From positions 83,514,001 to 83,578,000 of the forward strand of contig NC_092352.1 of NCBI RefSeq assembly GCF_963676685.1: a stretch of 64,000 nt of DNA, in the 5' to 3' direction. The stretch comes from Mytilus edulis. Lineage: Eukaryota. The position numbers were made by a program, and so were the translations under genes. Shown in pieces: positions 63,886 to 64,000 of the stretch. The notes beneath the pieces were generated by a model that saw only the letters and a program-made list of their open reading frames with translations, did no database searches and was not told the DNA's origin. The first letter of the stretch is position 1. The number at the start of each line of letters is the position of its first letter.

Positions 63886-64000
63886 AAGTAAAATCACAAA
63901 AATACTGAACTTAGAGGAAGATCAATTGGGAAAGTCCATAATCACATGGCAAAATCAAATAACAAAACGCATCAAAAACGAATGGACAAGAACTGTCATA
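63886..64000. repeat. Start of an interspersed repeat, same family as ~37792-38082 and ~55015-55140/56152-56300
   Basis: Shared AAAGTAAAATCACAAAAATACTGAAC..AATGGACAA..ACTGTCATA. Confidence 0.65.

Overview
AT-rich, repeat-dense animal genomic DNA, most consistent with a mytilid bivalve (Mytilus-like; inferred from the repeat families and gene types). From left to right: (1) the 5' half of a spliced ethanolamine-phosphate cytidylyltransferase gene (PCYT2, minus strand, 8 coding exons at 3231-14043, continuing off the left edge), with MITE- and SINE-filled introns. (2) A tandem cluster of three intronless RING-less TRIM-like genes (2 B-boxes, coiled coil, beta-propeller): copy 1 is intact, copy 2 has a late frameshift, and copy 3 is split by an insertion. 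(3) That insertion is an 8,054-bp DNA transposon (42884-50937) with 75-bp TIRs (74/75 identical) and a 5-bp TSD. It carries two convergent spliced genes: a 7-finger C2H2 zinc-finger gene, and a P-element/THAP9-like DDE transposase with an N-terminal C2H2 finger and a complete YqaJ/lambda-exonuclease domain between its first two putative catalytic aspartates. This is the most unusual object in the window. A separate 4.3-kb non-coding element with similar CACGG ends and a 5-bp TSD lies at 14786-19082. (4) Decayed Penelope-like retroelements with an N-terminal GIY-YIG domain (Naiad type), and several hammerhead-ribozyme retrozyme copies, one with an intact core. (5) A ~7.3-kb, 67-bp-monomer satellite that appears to derive from the core of a local SINE. 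All family assignments come from motif recognition by eye; no database searches were run.
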